This document shows, in pieces, positions 52,639 to 62,274 of a stretch of DNA of 64,000 nt. Location: contig JBBIRD010000001.1 in assembly GCA_037441965.1 (NCBI GenBank), forward strand, positions 2,255-66,254, written 5' to 3'. Under the pieces are notes generated by a model. That model made no database searches. It had not been told where the DNA came from and was given only the letters and a program-made list of their open reading frames with translations. The position numbers and the translations under genes were made by a program. This DNA comes from Candidatus Moraniibacteriota bacterium (GTDB lineage Bacteria; Patescibacteriota; Minisyncoccia; Moranbacterales; UBA1568). Within the stretch, counting starts at the first letter, position 1; each line of letters begins with the position of its first letter.

Positions 52639-54603
52639 TTGAAAGGAATAAAAAATATGCAAACGAATTATTCGTTTCAAGGAAGGAAAGGCCAAAGTAA
52701 TTTTAGTAAACCTCTCTCGGCAGGGTCTTTTGAGGGTATTGTTGCGAACGCACAAGCACCCAAAGCAACACATAAGAATTATGTGCCAAAAAAAGATGTC
52801 AAGAAACAAAATAATCAGCCGAAGAAGTCTTCTGGTAAAAAAAATAACCAGAAAAATAATCGTCGTTTTCCGATGCCGATGAAGAGTCGTTTGGAATCGA
52901 CACATAACGGTATCAATGTTCCAGCTCTTGGTGAGAAGCGTCTCCGTATTATCCCTCTTGGCGGACAAGAAGAAGTCGGTCGCAATATGACTGTTTTTGA
53001 ATATGGGAATGATATTGTTCTGATCGATATGGGATTGCAATTTCCTGAGGAAGATATGCCAGGTATTGACTATATTATTCCGAATGTGAACTATCTGAAA
53101 GGAAAAGAGAAAAATATTCGTGGTGTTATTTTCACACACGGACACCTTGATCATATTGGAGCTGCCCCATTACTTCTAAAAAAATTAGGATATCCTCCAA
53201 TTATCTCTCGTGATCTGACACTGGCTCTTATTAAACATAAAGTGGAGGATCAAGAAAAAGGTGCAGGAAGTCGTCTCAAGATGGTCCGGATAAAAAATAT
53301 AACTGATCGTATTCGTGTTGGATCCTTTGAAGCTCGTTTCTTTGAAGTAGAACATTCTATTATGGATGCTATTGGTATTGTTCTCCTTTCACCTGTTGGA
53401 TCAGTGATTCATATGGGTGATTGGACAATTTCTCATAATCCAATCGAAGAAAAAGAAATTTCTTATAAACATCTGGCAAATCTACCAAGGCCGACAATAT
53501 TGATGCTTGAGAGTTTAGGAGCTTTGAAAAAAGGTCTTCCACCATCAGAGCAGGAAGTGCATCAGAATTTGAAAAATCTTATCAGAAGTGTTCCAGGAAG
53601 ACTGATTATTGGAACATTTGCTTCTCAGATTCGTCGCATAAGTTATCTTATTGAGTATGCGGAACAACTTGGAAAGAAAGTAGCGCTCGAAGGATATAGT
53701 ATGAAGATGAATATCGAAGTAGCCAAAGAACTTGGTTATATCAAAGTCAAGAAAGAAACACTGATCAGTGTAAACGATATTCATAAATACAAAGATGATC
53801 AAGTGGTCGTTATCTGTACTGGCGCACAAGGAGAATTGAATGCAGCACTCTCTCGTATTGTGACAGACAACCATCGATTTATTAAACTTCAGAAGAATGA
53901 TACTATTGTTTTTTCTTCTTCTGTAATCCCTGGAAATGAGCGCACGATTCAACGATTGAAAGATAATCTTTATCGAAAGTGTGACAATATTATCCATAGT
54001 GATATTATGGAAATCCATATCGGTGGACATTCGACTGCTCAGGGAATGGAAGAGATGCTCCGTCAGGTACAGCCGACATATTTTCTTCCTGTATATGCCA
54101 ATCATTATTTTCTGAAAGAAGCGGCAAAAATTGCTTATCGTATGGGTTTTCCAGAGAAAAATGTAGCAGTGCTTGATAATGGAAGTGTTTTTGAACTCGA
54201 TGATCAAGGAAGTTTTTCGGTACGAAAAGAGAAGGCTGATACGAGTTATGTTTTTATTGACGGACTCGGTATCGGTGATATCGGACATGTTGTATTGCGT
54301 GATCGTCAGGTATTGGCTCAAGATGGTATGATCGTCATCACTACCATTATCGATTCGAAAACAAAAAGTGTCGTTGGTAATATTCAGATTACTTCACGAG
54401 GGTTTATTCATGTGAAAGAAAACTTCGATCTCGTCAATGAAACAAAACGCAAAGTAGAAAAAGTTGTCAAAGACAATACTGCCAAAGATTCTTCGGTTGA
54501 TTTTGATCTCATACGCAATCAGATTCGTGAAGTTGTAGGGCAATTTCTTTTTACGAAGACTGAGCGTCGCCCGATGGTGTTGCCAGTGGTGATTGAAGTT
54601 TAA
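52639..54603 (+). CDS. rnj: Ribonuclease J (metallo-beta-lactamase/beta-CASP), with a basic N-terminal extension of about 85 aa
   Basis: The HTHGHLDHIGA motif and a beta-CASP region are present. The N-terminus is Lys/Asn/Gln-rich (KKDVKKQNNQPKKSSGKKNNQKNNRR). Confidence 0.85.
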   Translation: MKGIKNMQTNYSFQGRKGQSNFSKPLSAGSFEGIVANAQAPKATHKNYVPKKDVKKQNNQPKKSSGKKNNQKNNRRFPMPMKSRLESTHNGINVPALGEKRLRIIPLGGQEEVGRNMTVFEYGNDIVLIDMGLQFPEEDMPGIDYIIPNVNYLKGKEKNIRGVIFTHGHLDHIGAAPLLLKKLGYPPIISRDLTLALIKHKVEDQEKGAGSRLKMVRIKNITDRIRVGSFEARFFEVEHSIMDAIGIVLLSPVGSVIHMGDWTISHNPIEEKEISYKHLANLPRPTILMLESLGALKKGLPPSEQEVHQNLKNLIRSVPGRLIIGTFASQIRRISYLIEYAEQLGKKVALEGYSMKMNIEVAKELGYIKVKKETLISVNDIHKYKDDQVVVICTGAQGELNAALSRIVTDNHRFIKLQKNDTIVFSSSVIPGNERTIQRLKDNLYRKCDNIIHSDIMEIHIGGHSTAQGMEEMLRQVQPTYFLPVYANHYFLKEAAKIAYRMGFPEKNVAVLDNGSVFELDDQGSFSVRKEKADTSYVFIDGLGIGDIGHVVLRDRQVLAQDGMIVITTIIDSKTKSVVGNIQITSRGFIHVKENFDLVNETKRKVEKVVKDNTAKDSSVDFDLIRNQIREVVGQFLFTKTERRPMVLPVVIEV

Positions 54604-54663
54604 TCATAATAAGAAAAGAAGTTCTTAAGGACTTCTTTTCTTTATTTTCAAAGAACGCTTTCT

Positions 54664-55341
54664 TTGTGGTATAATAAAAACAGAAAGAAATATTTTATGT
54701 TTAAAAGAATTATTATTATTTTGAGTGTTGTTATCTTACTCCTTTTGGGGTTGTTTCTTTATCGTTATAATAAAAATACAAAAACTGATGTTCCAGAGCC
54801 TACTGTTACAGAAGCGAAACCAAAAGAATTAACAATGAAGAAAATAGAAACAAAACCAGCTCCAGAACAGGATACTGCTTCATTTTTTGGCACTGCAAAT
54901 TTTGAAAGTGAAAGTTTTCGAATTGGTGATATCGCTATCGGAGGAGAGTCGCAATTTCTTTTGAGTGAAGACACTCCTGATCCTCTCGTTATTACCAATA
55001 TCCGAGGAGAGACATTTACGGAGAAGAATAAACCGGAAGTGAAACTCATCATCACCTGGAAAACAAATAAACTTGCAAAATCGGATATCTCTTATGGGAA
55101 AGGGACAACACAAGCAAAGAAAACAGTGAACGAACCGGATTATACAACCAATCATAGTTTGATCCTTCCTGGATTAGAGCAATCGGCAACATATATCTAC
55201 ACAATCGTTTCAAGAGATCGATTTGGTAATGAAGTAACGAGTGATCAACATGCTATCTATACCGGAGCGAAAACAGTTTCGCTGTTTGATTTGATTGCAG
55301 GAGCGGTGGGTGATGTTTTCGGTTGGGCGGTGAAGAAGTAA
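54664..55341 (+). CDS. Membrane-anchored protein with a fibronectin-type-III-like domain
   Basis: An N-terminal TM helix precedes the segment ITWKTNKLAKSDISYG...LILPGLEQSATYIYTIVSRDRFGNEVTS, which resembles an FN3 or purple-acid-phosphatase N-terminal domain. Confidence 0.5.
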   Translation: MWYNKNRKKYFMFKRIIIILSVVILLLLGLFLYRYNKNTKTDVPEPTVTEAKPKELTMKKIETKPAPEQDTASFFGTANFESESFRIGDIAIGGESQFLLSEDTPDPLVITNIRGETFTEKNKPEVKLIITWKTNKLAKSDISYGKGTTQAKKTVNEPDYTTNHSLILPGLEQSATYIYTIVSRDRFGNEVTSDQHAIYTGAKTVSLFDLIAGAVGDVFGWAVKK

Positions 55342-55375
55342 ATATAAAGCAGTTTCGTTTTAAGATAAATCAGTA

Positions 55376-56380
55376 ATGGAAAATTGTATGAAACAACGAA
55401 TTTTTTCTGGAATAAAACCATCAGGCGATCTTCATCTCGGAAATTATCTGGGTGCTATTTCTCAGTGGGTTACTCTTCAGAATGAGTATGAATCATTGTT
55501 TTGCGTCGTTGATCTGCATGCTATCACAGTGAGTCAAGATCCGATTGAGCTTCGTCAAAAGACATTAGAAATCGCTAAGATTTATTTGGCTTCGGGTATT
55601 GATCCTACGAAATCAGTGATGTTTGTCCAATCGCATATACCAGAACATACAGAACTTGCTTGGATACTGAACACTATTACACGCTTTGGTGATTTGGAAA
55701 AGATGACACAATTCAAAGATAAATCAGCAAAAAGCGAAAAGGAAACTGTCGGCATCGGCCTTTTTGATTACCCTGTTCTGATGGCGAGTGATATTTTACT
55801 TTATGATACTCAGATTGTTCCTGTTGGTAAGGATCAACTTCAGCATATCGAACTTACACGAACATTAGCACGGCGTTTTAACGAGCGTTTTGGTGAAGTA
55901 TTTGTTATTCCAGAAGGAAGAGTATCGAAAGAGGGTGAGGTAATTATGGCACTCGATGATCCAACAAAGAAGATGTCTAAATCAGCTCGGAGCGAATATA
56001 ATTCTATTGCTTTAACTGACGATGCTGATGCAATACGACGGAAGATAAAAAAAGCAGTTACTGATAGTGGAAGTGAGATTGTTTATTCTGATGATAAACC
56101 AGCACTCAAGAATCTGATCAATATTTATTCTCTTCTTTCTCATACAACAACCGCAGATATTGAAAGAACTTATCAGGGAAAAGGATATGGCGATTTCAAA
56201 ACAGATTTAGCTGAAGTAATTGTGAATTTCTTGATACCATTTCAAGATCGTATGAAAAATATTTCTGATGATGAAATTATCTCTCTTTTGAAAACTGGCG
56301 CCGAAAAAGCCAAAGAAAGAGCGGAAGCAAAAATGAAACAAGTGAGAGAGAAAGTAGGATTTCTTCTTGCAAAAGAATAA
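55376..56380 (+). CDS. trpS: Tryptophanyl-tRNA synthetase
   Basis: It has the HIGH-region sequence IFSGIKPSGDLHLGNYLGA and KMSKS. Confidence 0.9.
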   Translation: MENCMKQRIFSGIKPSGDLHLGNYLGAISQWVTLQNEYESLFCVVDLHAITVSQDPIELRQKTLEIAKIYLASGIDPTKSVMFVQSHIPEHTELAWILNTITRFGDLEKMTQFKDKSAKSEKETVGIGLFDYPVLMASDILLYDTQIVPVGKDQLQHIELTRTLARRFNERFGEVFVIPEGRVSKEGEVIMALDDPTKKMSKSARSEYNSIALTDDADAIRRKIKKAVTDSGSEIVYSDDKPALKNLINIYSLLSHTTTADIERTYQGKGYGDFKTDLAEVIVNFLIPFQDRMKNISDDEIISLLKTGAEKAKERAEAKMKQVREKVGFLLAKE

Positions 56381-56388
56381 AAAAAATA

Positions 56389-56423
56389 CCCGTGATCAGT
56401 TTCTGATACGGGTGTTTTTTTAT
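56389..56423. terminator. Bidirectional rho-independent terminator after trpS
   Basis: The ACCCGTGATCAG/CTGATACGGGT stem is flanked by AAAAAAA upstream and TTTTTTT downstream. Confidence 0.65.
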
Positions 56424-56667
56424 TCGTGTTGTCTTTTCTCTGCTTCTTCGCGAAATGGTGCACAAATAGTACCGTCACATTCTGCATTACCATGGTGTAA
56501 TTTCCATGATCGTGCAGTGAGTGCCGTGCAATAACAGCGAAGCCGAAGAGGAGGTTTCTTCTCTGTTTGATTTTCTTGATATATCAAATGAGTAATAATG
56601 CTTGAGTTTTCAAGATATGTATTCATTATGCGTCCTTTCGAAAAAAATGTTAATGAACAAATGGGAT

Positions 56668-56696
56668 ATAAAAAAACCACCTTTGTAGGTGGTTTA
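56668..56696 (-). terminator. Minus-strand terminator downstream of the PMM/PGM gene
   Basis: On the plus strand, AAAAAAA is followed by an AACCACC/GGTGGTT stem, which gives a hairpin plus U-run on the minus strand. Confidence 0.5.
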
Positions 56697-56846
56697 GAAG
56701 AAAATAAATTGAAAAAGAGAATAGATGATAAGTTTTCTCTTTTTGAATATTTTCTTGCTCATATTTTGATACCTAGTATACTCTGAAAAAGATAGATATA
56801 CAATATCTTGTCAAGAGTTGCTATAGGAATAGGATACATAAGAGAT

Positions 56847-58181
56847 TTACTTGCGTATAAGAGAGAGGATCTCTTTTTGTTTTTCTTCCATCATTTCTAT
56901 AGTTTTTGCTTCAAGATTGAGACGAAGGAGCGGTTCGGTATTGGATGGACGAACATTGAACCACCAATCAGGATAATCTACTTTGAGTCCGTCGAGCGTG
57001 CTGATTTGTCCATCGCTGTATTTCTCCTGCAACGCTTTAAGGATGATGTCTTTATCTGTTACTTCACTATTGATTTCTGCCGAGTGTGCATAGCGTCTAA
57101 GATCAGAAACGAGTTCAGATATTTTCTTTCCTGTTTCCGCCATTAGATTGAGAAGAAGAAAGGCAACGAGAGTACTAGCCTCAGCGAAAGAGTTTTCTTC
57201 GAAGTAATAATGTCCGGAAAGTTCACCAGCAAAAATAGCTCCGTCTGCGCGCATTTGTCTTTTGATAAAAGCATGCCCAACACGACATTCTTTGGCGGTG
57301 CCACCATTTTCTTCGATGACTTCGCGTACAGATCGAGAAGAACGGAGATCATAGAGAATAGTTGCACCTGGTTTTTTCTGAAGAATAATCTTCGCAACAA
57401 GTCCTGTAATGAGATCCATCGGAATAACCGTCCCTGTTTCATCAGTGAATCCGACGCGGTCAGCATCACCATCATAAGCAATACCGAGATCAGCGCCTAC
57501 TTCTTTTACTGTGGCACAGAGTTCATTAAGCGTTTCTGTTTTGAGAGGATTGGCTTCATGACACTGAAAGGGGTGAGTAAGGTCATTGTAGAGATTGACG
57601 ATGGTAAGATTGTCAGGAAATTTCTCGTACATTGGAAGTTCGAAAACGCCCATAGAATTGGCGGTATCGATAGCAACAGTAAATTTTTTCTCACCGAATT
57701 CTGCGAAAGAAGAAAACTCTGCATAATATTCTGGACGGATATCATAAGTTGTCATCGTTCCGGATACATCAGACTTTTCCAATGTATTCTGAAGGGCAAT
57801 ATCACGAATTTCACGAAGACCAGAATCTTCTCCGACTGGTAGAGCGCCTCGAAGAGCGATTTTGAGTCCATTGTATTCGATAGGATTGTGTGATGCAGTG
57901 AGGGAAACTACCGCATCGACATCGAGATGACCAGCAGAAAAATAGACCATCGGCGTACTGATCACGCCAAGATCGACGACATCGCACCCGCTATCCATAA
58001 CGCCACGAGCGAAACTTTCAAAAAGCGCTGGACTTGATGGACGAATGTCACGACCAATACCTATCTTTTTTGATTTGAGATATGCGACAACAGCACAGCC
58101 GATAGTATACACATCTTCTTCATTGATATCGGTTGGATACACACCACGAATATCGTAGGCTTTAAAAATTTCTTTTTTCAT
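56847..58181 (-). CDS. Phosphomannomutase/phosphoglucomutase (alpha-D-phosphohexomutase)
   Basis: It has the active-site phosphoserine loop TASHNP and the metal-binding DGDADR motif. The product is 444 aa. Confidence 0.85.
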   Translation of the reverse strand: MKKEIFKAYDIRGVYPTDINEEDVYTIGCAVVAYLKSKKIGIGRDIRPSSPALFESFARGVMDSGCDVVDLGVISTPMVYFSAGHLDVDAVVSLTASHNPIEYNGLKIALRGALPVGEDSGLREIRDIALQNTLEKSDVSGTMTTYDIRPEYYAEFSSFAEFGEKKFTVAIDTANSMGVFELPMYEKFPDNLTIVNLYNDLTHPFQCHEANPLKTETLNELCATVKEVGADLGIAYDGDADRVGFTDETGTVIPMDLITGLVAKIILQKKPGATILYDLRSSRSVREVIEENGGTAKECRVGHAFIKRQMRADGAIFAGELSGHYYFEENSFAEASTLVAFLLLNLMAETGKKISELVSDLRRYAHSAEINSEVTDKDIILKALQEKYSDGQISTLDGLKVDYPDWWFNVRPSNTEPLLRLNLEAKTIEMMEEKQKEILSLIRK

Positions 58182-58304
58182 AGAGTTACAGAAAATAGAT
58201 AAGAATGATACATTTTATTATAGCATATTTTCCTTAAGAATACTCATTTTTTGACGCATTGCCTTTTTTCTGCGAATATAGAATATATTATTTATTTTTC
58301 TTTT

Positions 58305-59354
58305 ATGGCACTTAAAGTAGGTATTGTAGGACTTCCCAACGTCGGAAAATCGACGCTTTTCAAGGCACTTACGCGTAAGGTGGTTGATATCAATAATTAT
58401 CCTTTTTGCACTATTGAACCCAATGTTGGTATTGTTGAAGTACCGGATGAACGATTAGGAAAACTTGCAAAAATGTCAGGAACGAAAAAGATTATTCCTG
58501 CGGTGATAGAATTTGTTGATATTGCAGGACTCGTGAAAGGAGCAAGTGAAGGCGAGGGCCTCGGTAATAAGTTTTTGCAAAATATTCGTGAAGTTGATGC
58601 AATTGTCGAGGTAGTGAGAGTTTTTGAGAATCCTGATATTATTCATGTTCACAATGCAATCGATCCGACAAATGATATAGAAATTATCAATACTGAACTC
58701 ATTCTTGCTGATTTAGAAACAATTACGAAGCGCAAACTTAAAACAGGTAAGGATGCTAGAGCAGGGAAAAAGGAGGCGGTAACAGAGATGAACATTCTTG
58801 AGAAATTAGAGAAAGAGTTTGAAGCAGGACGATTGCCACATACTCTGCTCAAAACTTTCTCTGTAGAAGAAACAAAGATGGTAAAGAATTTACAGCTTCT
58901 CACAACAAAACCGTTTCTCTATGTATACAATGTCTCTGATATCGATCGTCCATTGAATGCAGATCTTGAGAGTCGTCCTTATGTGAAGCTTGATATCAAG
59001 ATAGAAGAAGAGCTCATCGAGATGTCGCCAGAGGAAATACAAGAAATGGGACTTGTTTCGCATATTGGTGATTTGGCACAATCAGCGTACTCACTCCTTG
59101 GGCTTATGACATATTTCACAACAGGTGTCGAAGAAACGCGTGCTTGGACAATACCTATCGGATCGACAGCTCCGCAAGCAGGCAGTGCTATTCATAATGA
59201 TTTTGAAGAGAAATTTATTCGTGCTGAAGTTATCCATTGGAGCAAACTTCTTGAAGCGGGTTCATGGAGTAATGCCCGTGATACTGGCATCCTCCGCCTC
59301 GAAGGAAAAAACTATATCGTCCAAGATGGCGATGTCATTGTTTTTAAGATATAA
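58305..59354 (+). CDS. ychF: Ribosome-binding ATPase YchF (Obg-family GTPase)
   Basis: It contains [19 protein letters not shown] and [12 protein letters not shown]. The start is probably at 58305, not the track's 58251. Confidence 0.88.
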   Translation: MALKVGIVGLPNVGKSTLFKALTRKVVDINNYPFCTIEPNVGIVEVPDERLGKLAKMSGTKKIIPAVIEFVDIAGLVKGASEGEGLGNKFLQNIREVDAIVEVVRVFENPDIIHVHNAIDPTNDIEIINTELILADLETITKRKLKTGKDARAGKKEAVTEMNILEKLEKEFEAGRLPHTLLKTFSVEETKMVKNLQLLTTKPFLYVYNVSDIDRPLNADLESRPYVKLDIKIEEELIEMSPEEIQEMGLVSHIGDLAQSAYSLLGLMTYFTTGVEETRAWTIPIGSTAPQAGSAIHNDFEEKFIRAEVIHWSKLLEAGSWSNARDTGILRLEGKNYIVQDGDVIVFKI

Positions 59355-59371
59355 GATAATGGTATATTTTT

Positions 59372-61945
59372 ATGAATGAAAAGAAAAGAATACTTTTGTG
59401 TTATTTTGGTGTATCACATTTTTCTTATACTCCTACAGATATAGGTTATATTGTAGCTATTTTAGAACAGAAATTTTCATCAACAGAGTATATTTTTGAT
59501 ATCGTTCAATTAGATTATGAATTATCTGTTGATAGAAAAGAGGGTTCGATTGTTAATCCTCATCTAAAATATATTGAAAGAAGTACGCGACTTATTGAAT
59601 ATTATCATCCATACGCAGTATTTTTCTTCTTAGAGAATGTCTTATGGAGTAAAGTGTTTGCACTAGGAAGAACAAAGAGTATTGCTAAGAATCTTCGTTC
59701 TAATAACCCAAAATTATTTATTGGTTTACAGAGTTTTAAGATTCAACAAATACAAATAGATCAAGTGTTAGATAACAATTTAGCGGATTGTATAATTATC
59801 GGTGACCCAGAAGAATTATTTCTAAAATTGAGCGAGATATTATTGAGAATGCCTGTCATTGGAGTGAGATATCAAAAACAATTTGGTGAAATGAACTATA
59901 AGAAGCAGTCTTTCCTTATGGCAAAAGAAAACGTAGAGACTATTTCAGTTGGTAGTCTTGATCGAATACCTTCTCCGTACCTAAATCATACTTTTGATAA
60001 TTTTCTCCAATCATCACAAATAATATCTAATGGACATTTTCGAGCATTCCTCGTTTCATCTCGAGGGTGTCGTTTTGGTTGTTATTATTGTTTTCGGAGT
60101 ACAAAATTTGAAAAGATACAATATTTTTCAGCAAAACGATTTTATGATGAATTAGAATATTTATTTAATACTTTCCGTATACATCATTTTTTTGTTTTAG
60201 ATGACGCTTTTATTTATTCTCGAAAACGCTTAGAGGAATTTGAACATGAGTTTCAAACTCGATTAAATAAGAATCCTGACTTACAAAAAGTAGATCTTTT
60301 CGTTATGGCAAGACCAGAAAGCATAAACGAGGAAATAGTAAAAATATTGAAAGCGATGAATGTAAAGTATATACAGATTGGATTACAGACAGTAAATCCG
60401 TCTTTGCAGGTTTTTATGAGAAGGAGACAAGATGTGGTTCATTTTGTGAAAATCAGAGAGTGGTTAAAAAAGTATAACATCCTTTTGCATCTAGATGTTG
60501 TGATTGGTTTACCGGGAGATTCTGTTGAATGGATGAAGGAAACAATGCGTTATGTATTACTTATGGATCCATTTTCTGTTCAGATTAAGCAGTTTTATCT
60601 CGGACCTAATACGCTTTTTTCAATTAGAACAAAAGAATACAATATTAAGATTGATGATACTGAATCAAGTTTTAATACACCATATGTGATCAGTGCAAAC
60701 AATATAGATGATCAGTATTTTACAGAGACAAATCATTTCATTATGAATCAAATCAAGGATAATCCACAGATTCGGTGGAAATATTTATCGAAGAAGCAAT
60801 CATTTATTAGTGGTTTATCTACAAAGATTTCTTCGGAGCATGAAACATCTCTTCATAATGAGCATAGAGGTTCAGACGATCGGATTCAGAAATACTTTAA
60901 TGTTTTATGGCATATAGGCAGCAGTAAAGGTAAGAATAGTGTATATGTGGTAACAGCAGTAGATGATCAGTACGCTTATATTGTTTCGCGTTCTGCAACA
61001 ATTTGTATGGCAATAGATCAATTATCAGGGTGTATAGTATGGAAATTTGAAGTTTTTTCCTTCCAAACGGATCATATATCTCCTTATCTTAAGGTGTCTG
61101 CAGGCAAAGTATATTTTCGAGCAGTCGATCGAAATCTGTATTGCTTAGATGCAAAAAATGGAAATCGCTTATGGGTTTTTCTTGAAGAAAATGTAGAAGA
61201 TGATACTTGTGTTATTGATCAATATGTCCATTGTATATCTATTGTTACATCAGGTGGTCTTTTTACACGAAGAAAAAAAATAGTAACTTTAGATATGAGA
61301 ACTGGTAAGAAGAGATGGGAACATTTTATTAGTATTGATCAATCAATAGCCTTGATACATGATGAAAAGAATCACTTTATGTATATTCGTGAGGGTGACA
61401 GGCAGGTTTCTTCGGTACAGATAGAGAATCATAAATTAAAGTGGACACATTGTTATTATCAGAATATAGACGGGCAGATAGTTATTGATCAATCAGGAAA
61501 GGATCTTTTCTTTTTATCTACTGATGGAAAGCATTATTCTATAAAAACAAAAGACGGATCCACGGAAATGCTTTTTCAATCGCGTGGATTTGATAAACAA
61601 TCTATTCTCTTTGTATATAATGAATATATTATTTTATATTCGTGTAATAAGGGAATACAATGCATTCATCTAAAGACAGGAATGATTCGGTGGATATACT
61701 CTTTGAACAGCGTTACTTCTGTAAATTATGTGGTACTAGATGCAAGTATGTTTATTTATAAAGAAGAGGATTTACTCATTGAGATTGATATAGTGACAGG
61801 AATGACAAAATCGTGTTTTTCCCTGACGGGTATTGGTCAAGATAGTATTCTTATATATAGCGAAAAAAAGAAACGCTTTTTCTTATCTATGAATTCTGGT
61901 GATTTATTTTGTTTTTCAAGACAGATGTTCTCACATTTACGATAG
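59372..61945 (+). CDS. Radical SAM enzyme with a B12-binding-like N-terminal domain, fused to a C-terminal PQQ/BamB-like beta-propeller of about 350 aa
   Basis: The CxxxCxxC motif SRGCRFGCYYCF is present, preceded by a Rossmann-like N-terminal domain. The C-terminus has 7-8 PQQ-type blades (LYCLDAKNGNRLWVF, IVTLDMRTGKKRWEHF, IHLKTGMIRWIY). Confidence 0.75.
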   Translation: MNEKKRILLCYFGVSHFSYTPTDIGYIVAILEQKFSSTEYIFDIVQLDYELSVDRKEGSIVNPHLKYIERSTRLIEYYHPYAVFFFLENVLWSKVFALGRTKSIAKNLRSNNPKLFIGLQSFKIQQIQIDQVLDNNLADCIIIGDPEELFLKLSEILLRMPVIGVRYQKQFGEMNYKKQSFLMAKENVETISVGSLDRIPSPYLNHTFDNFLQSSQIISNGHFRAFLVSSRGCRFGCYYCFRSTKFEKIQYFSAKRFYDELEYLFNTFRIHHFFVLDDAFIYSRKRLEEFEHEFQTRLNKNPDLQKVDLFVMARPESINEEIVKILKAMNVKYIQIGLQTVNPSLQVFMRRRQDVVHFVKIREWLKKYNILLHLDVVIGLPGDSVEWMKETMRYVLLMDPFSVQIKQFYLGPNTLFSIRTKEYNIKIDDTESSFNTPYVISANNIDDQYFTETNHFIMNQIKDNPQIRWKYLSKKQSFISGLSTKISSEHETSLHNEHRGSDDRIQKYFNVLWHIGSSKGKNSVYVVTAVDDQYAYIVSRSATICMAIDQLSGCIVWKFEVFSFQTDHISPYLKVSAGKVYFRAVDRNLYCLDAKNGNRLWVFLEENVEDDTCVIDQYVHCISIVTSGGLFTRRKKIVTLDMRTGKKRWEHFISIDQSIALIHDEKNHFMYIREGDRQVSSVQIENHKLKWTHCYYQNIDGQIVIDQSGKDLFFLSTDGKHYSIKTKDGSTEMLFQSRGFDKQSILFVYNEYIILYSCNKGIQCIHLKTGMIRWIYSLNSVTSVNYVVLDASMFIYKEEDLLIEIDIVTGMTKSCFSLTGIGQDSILIYSEKKKRFFLSMNSGDLFCFSRQMFSHLR

Positions 61946-62034
61946 TTATCACAGAGAGACATTGCTATATTTACTCATTTATGTTATTTTAAGAAAGGAG
62001 TTTTTTATATTTAATTTTTTTAACATATTTTTGT

Positions 62035-62247
62035 ATGTTGTACAAAATAAAGAAAAGAACATTGTTCGTCTCAGGGGTATTCCTTCTGAGTTTGCTGAGT
62101 TTTTTAAACATAAATAATAAAGAGCGTATCTCACGATCTACCGTAAACTTTATACCAGAAGCGAATGCTGATGTTCCATATTGTAGTCCTTGCGGATGTC
62201 CTTATACACCGCAAGAGTGTTCGGGAGATGCAGGAGATGGAATTTAG
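62035..62247 (+). CDS. Small (70 aa) Cys-rich peptide with an N-terminal signal/leader-like segment
   Basis: A positively charged and then hydrophobic N-terminus (KIKKRTLFVSGVFLLSLLSFL) precedes the C-terminal core CSPCGCPYTPQECSGDAGDGI. It lies 90 nt after the rSAM gene and 27 nt before the next gene. Confidence 0.45.
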   Translation: MLYKIKKRTLFVSGVFLLSLLSFLNINNKERISRSTVNFIPEANADVPYCSPCGCPYTPQECSGDAGDGI

Positions 62248-62274
62248 TTATAATTTTTTAGAATTTCCTTATAT

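Noticed and set aside
52600-54321. Minus-strand ORFs of 184 aa (52600-53154) and 258 aa (53545-54321).
   Set aside because: Both are antisense to the RNase J gene, whose protein motifs are unambiguous on the plus strand.
61899-62117. 72-aa plus-strand ORF overlapping the rSAM 3' end and the small-peptide gene.
   Set aside because: It is a hydrophobic low-complexity frame overlapping two better-supported genes. The alternative frame at 62035 has a leader-plus-Cys-core architecture.
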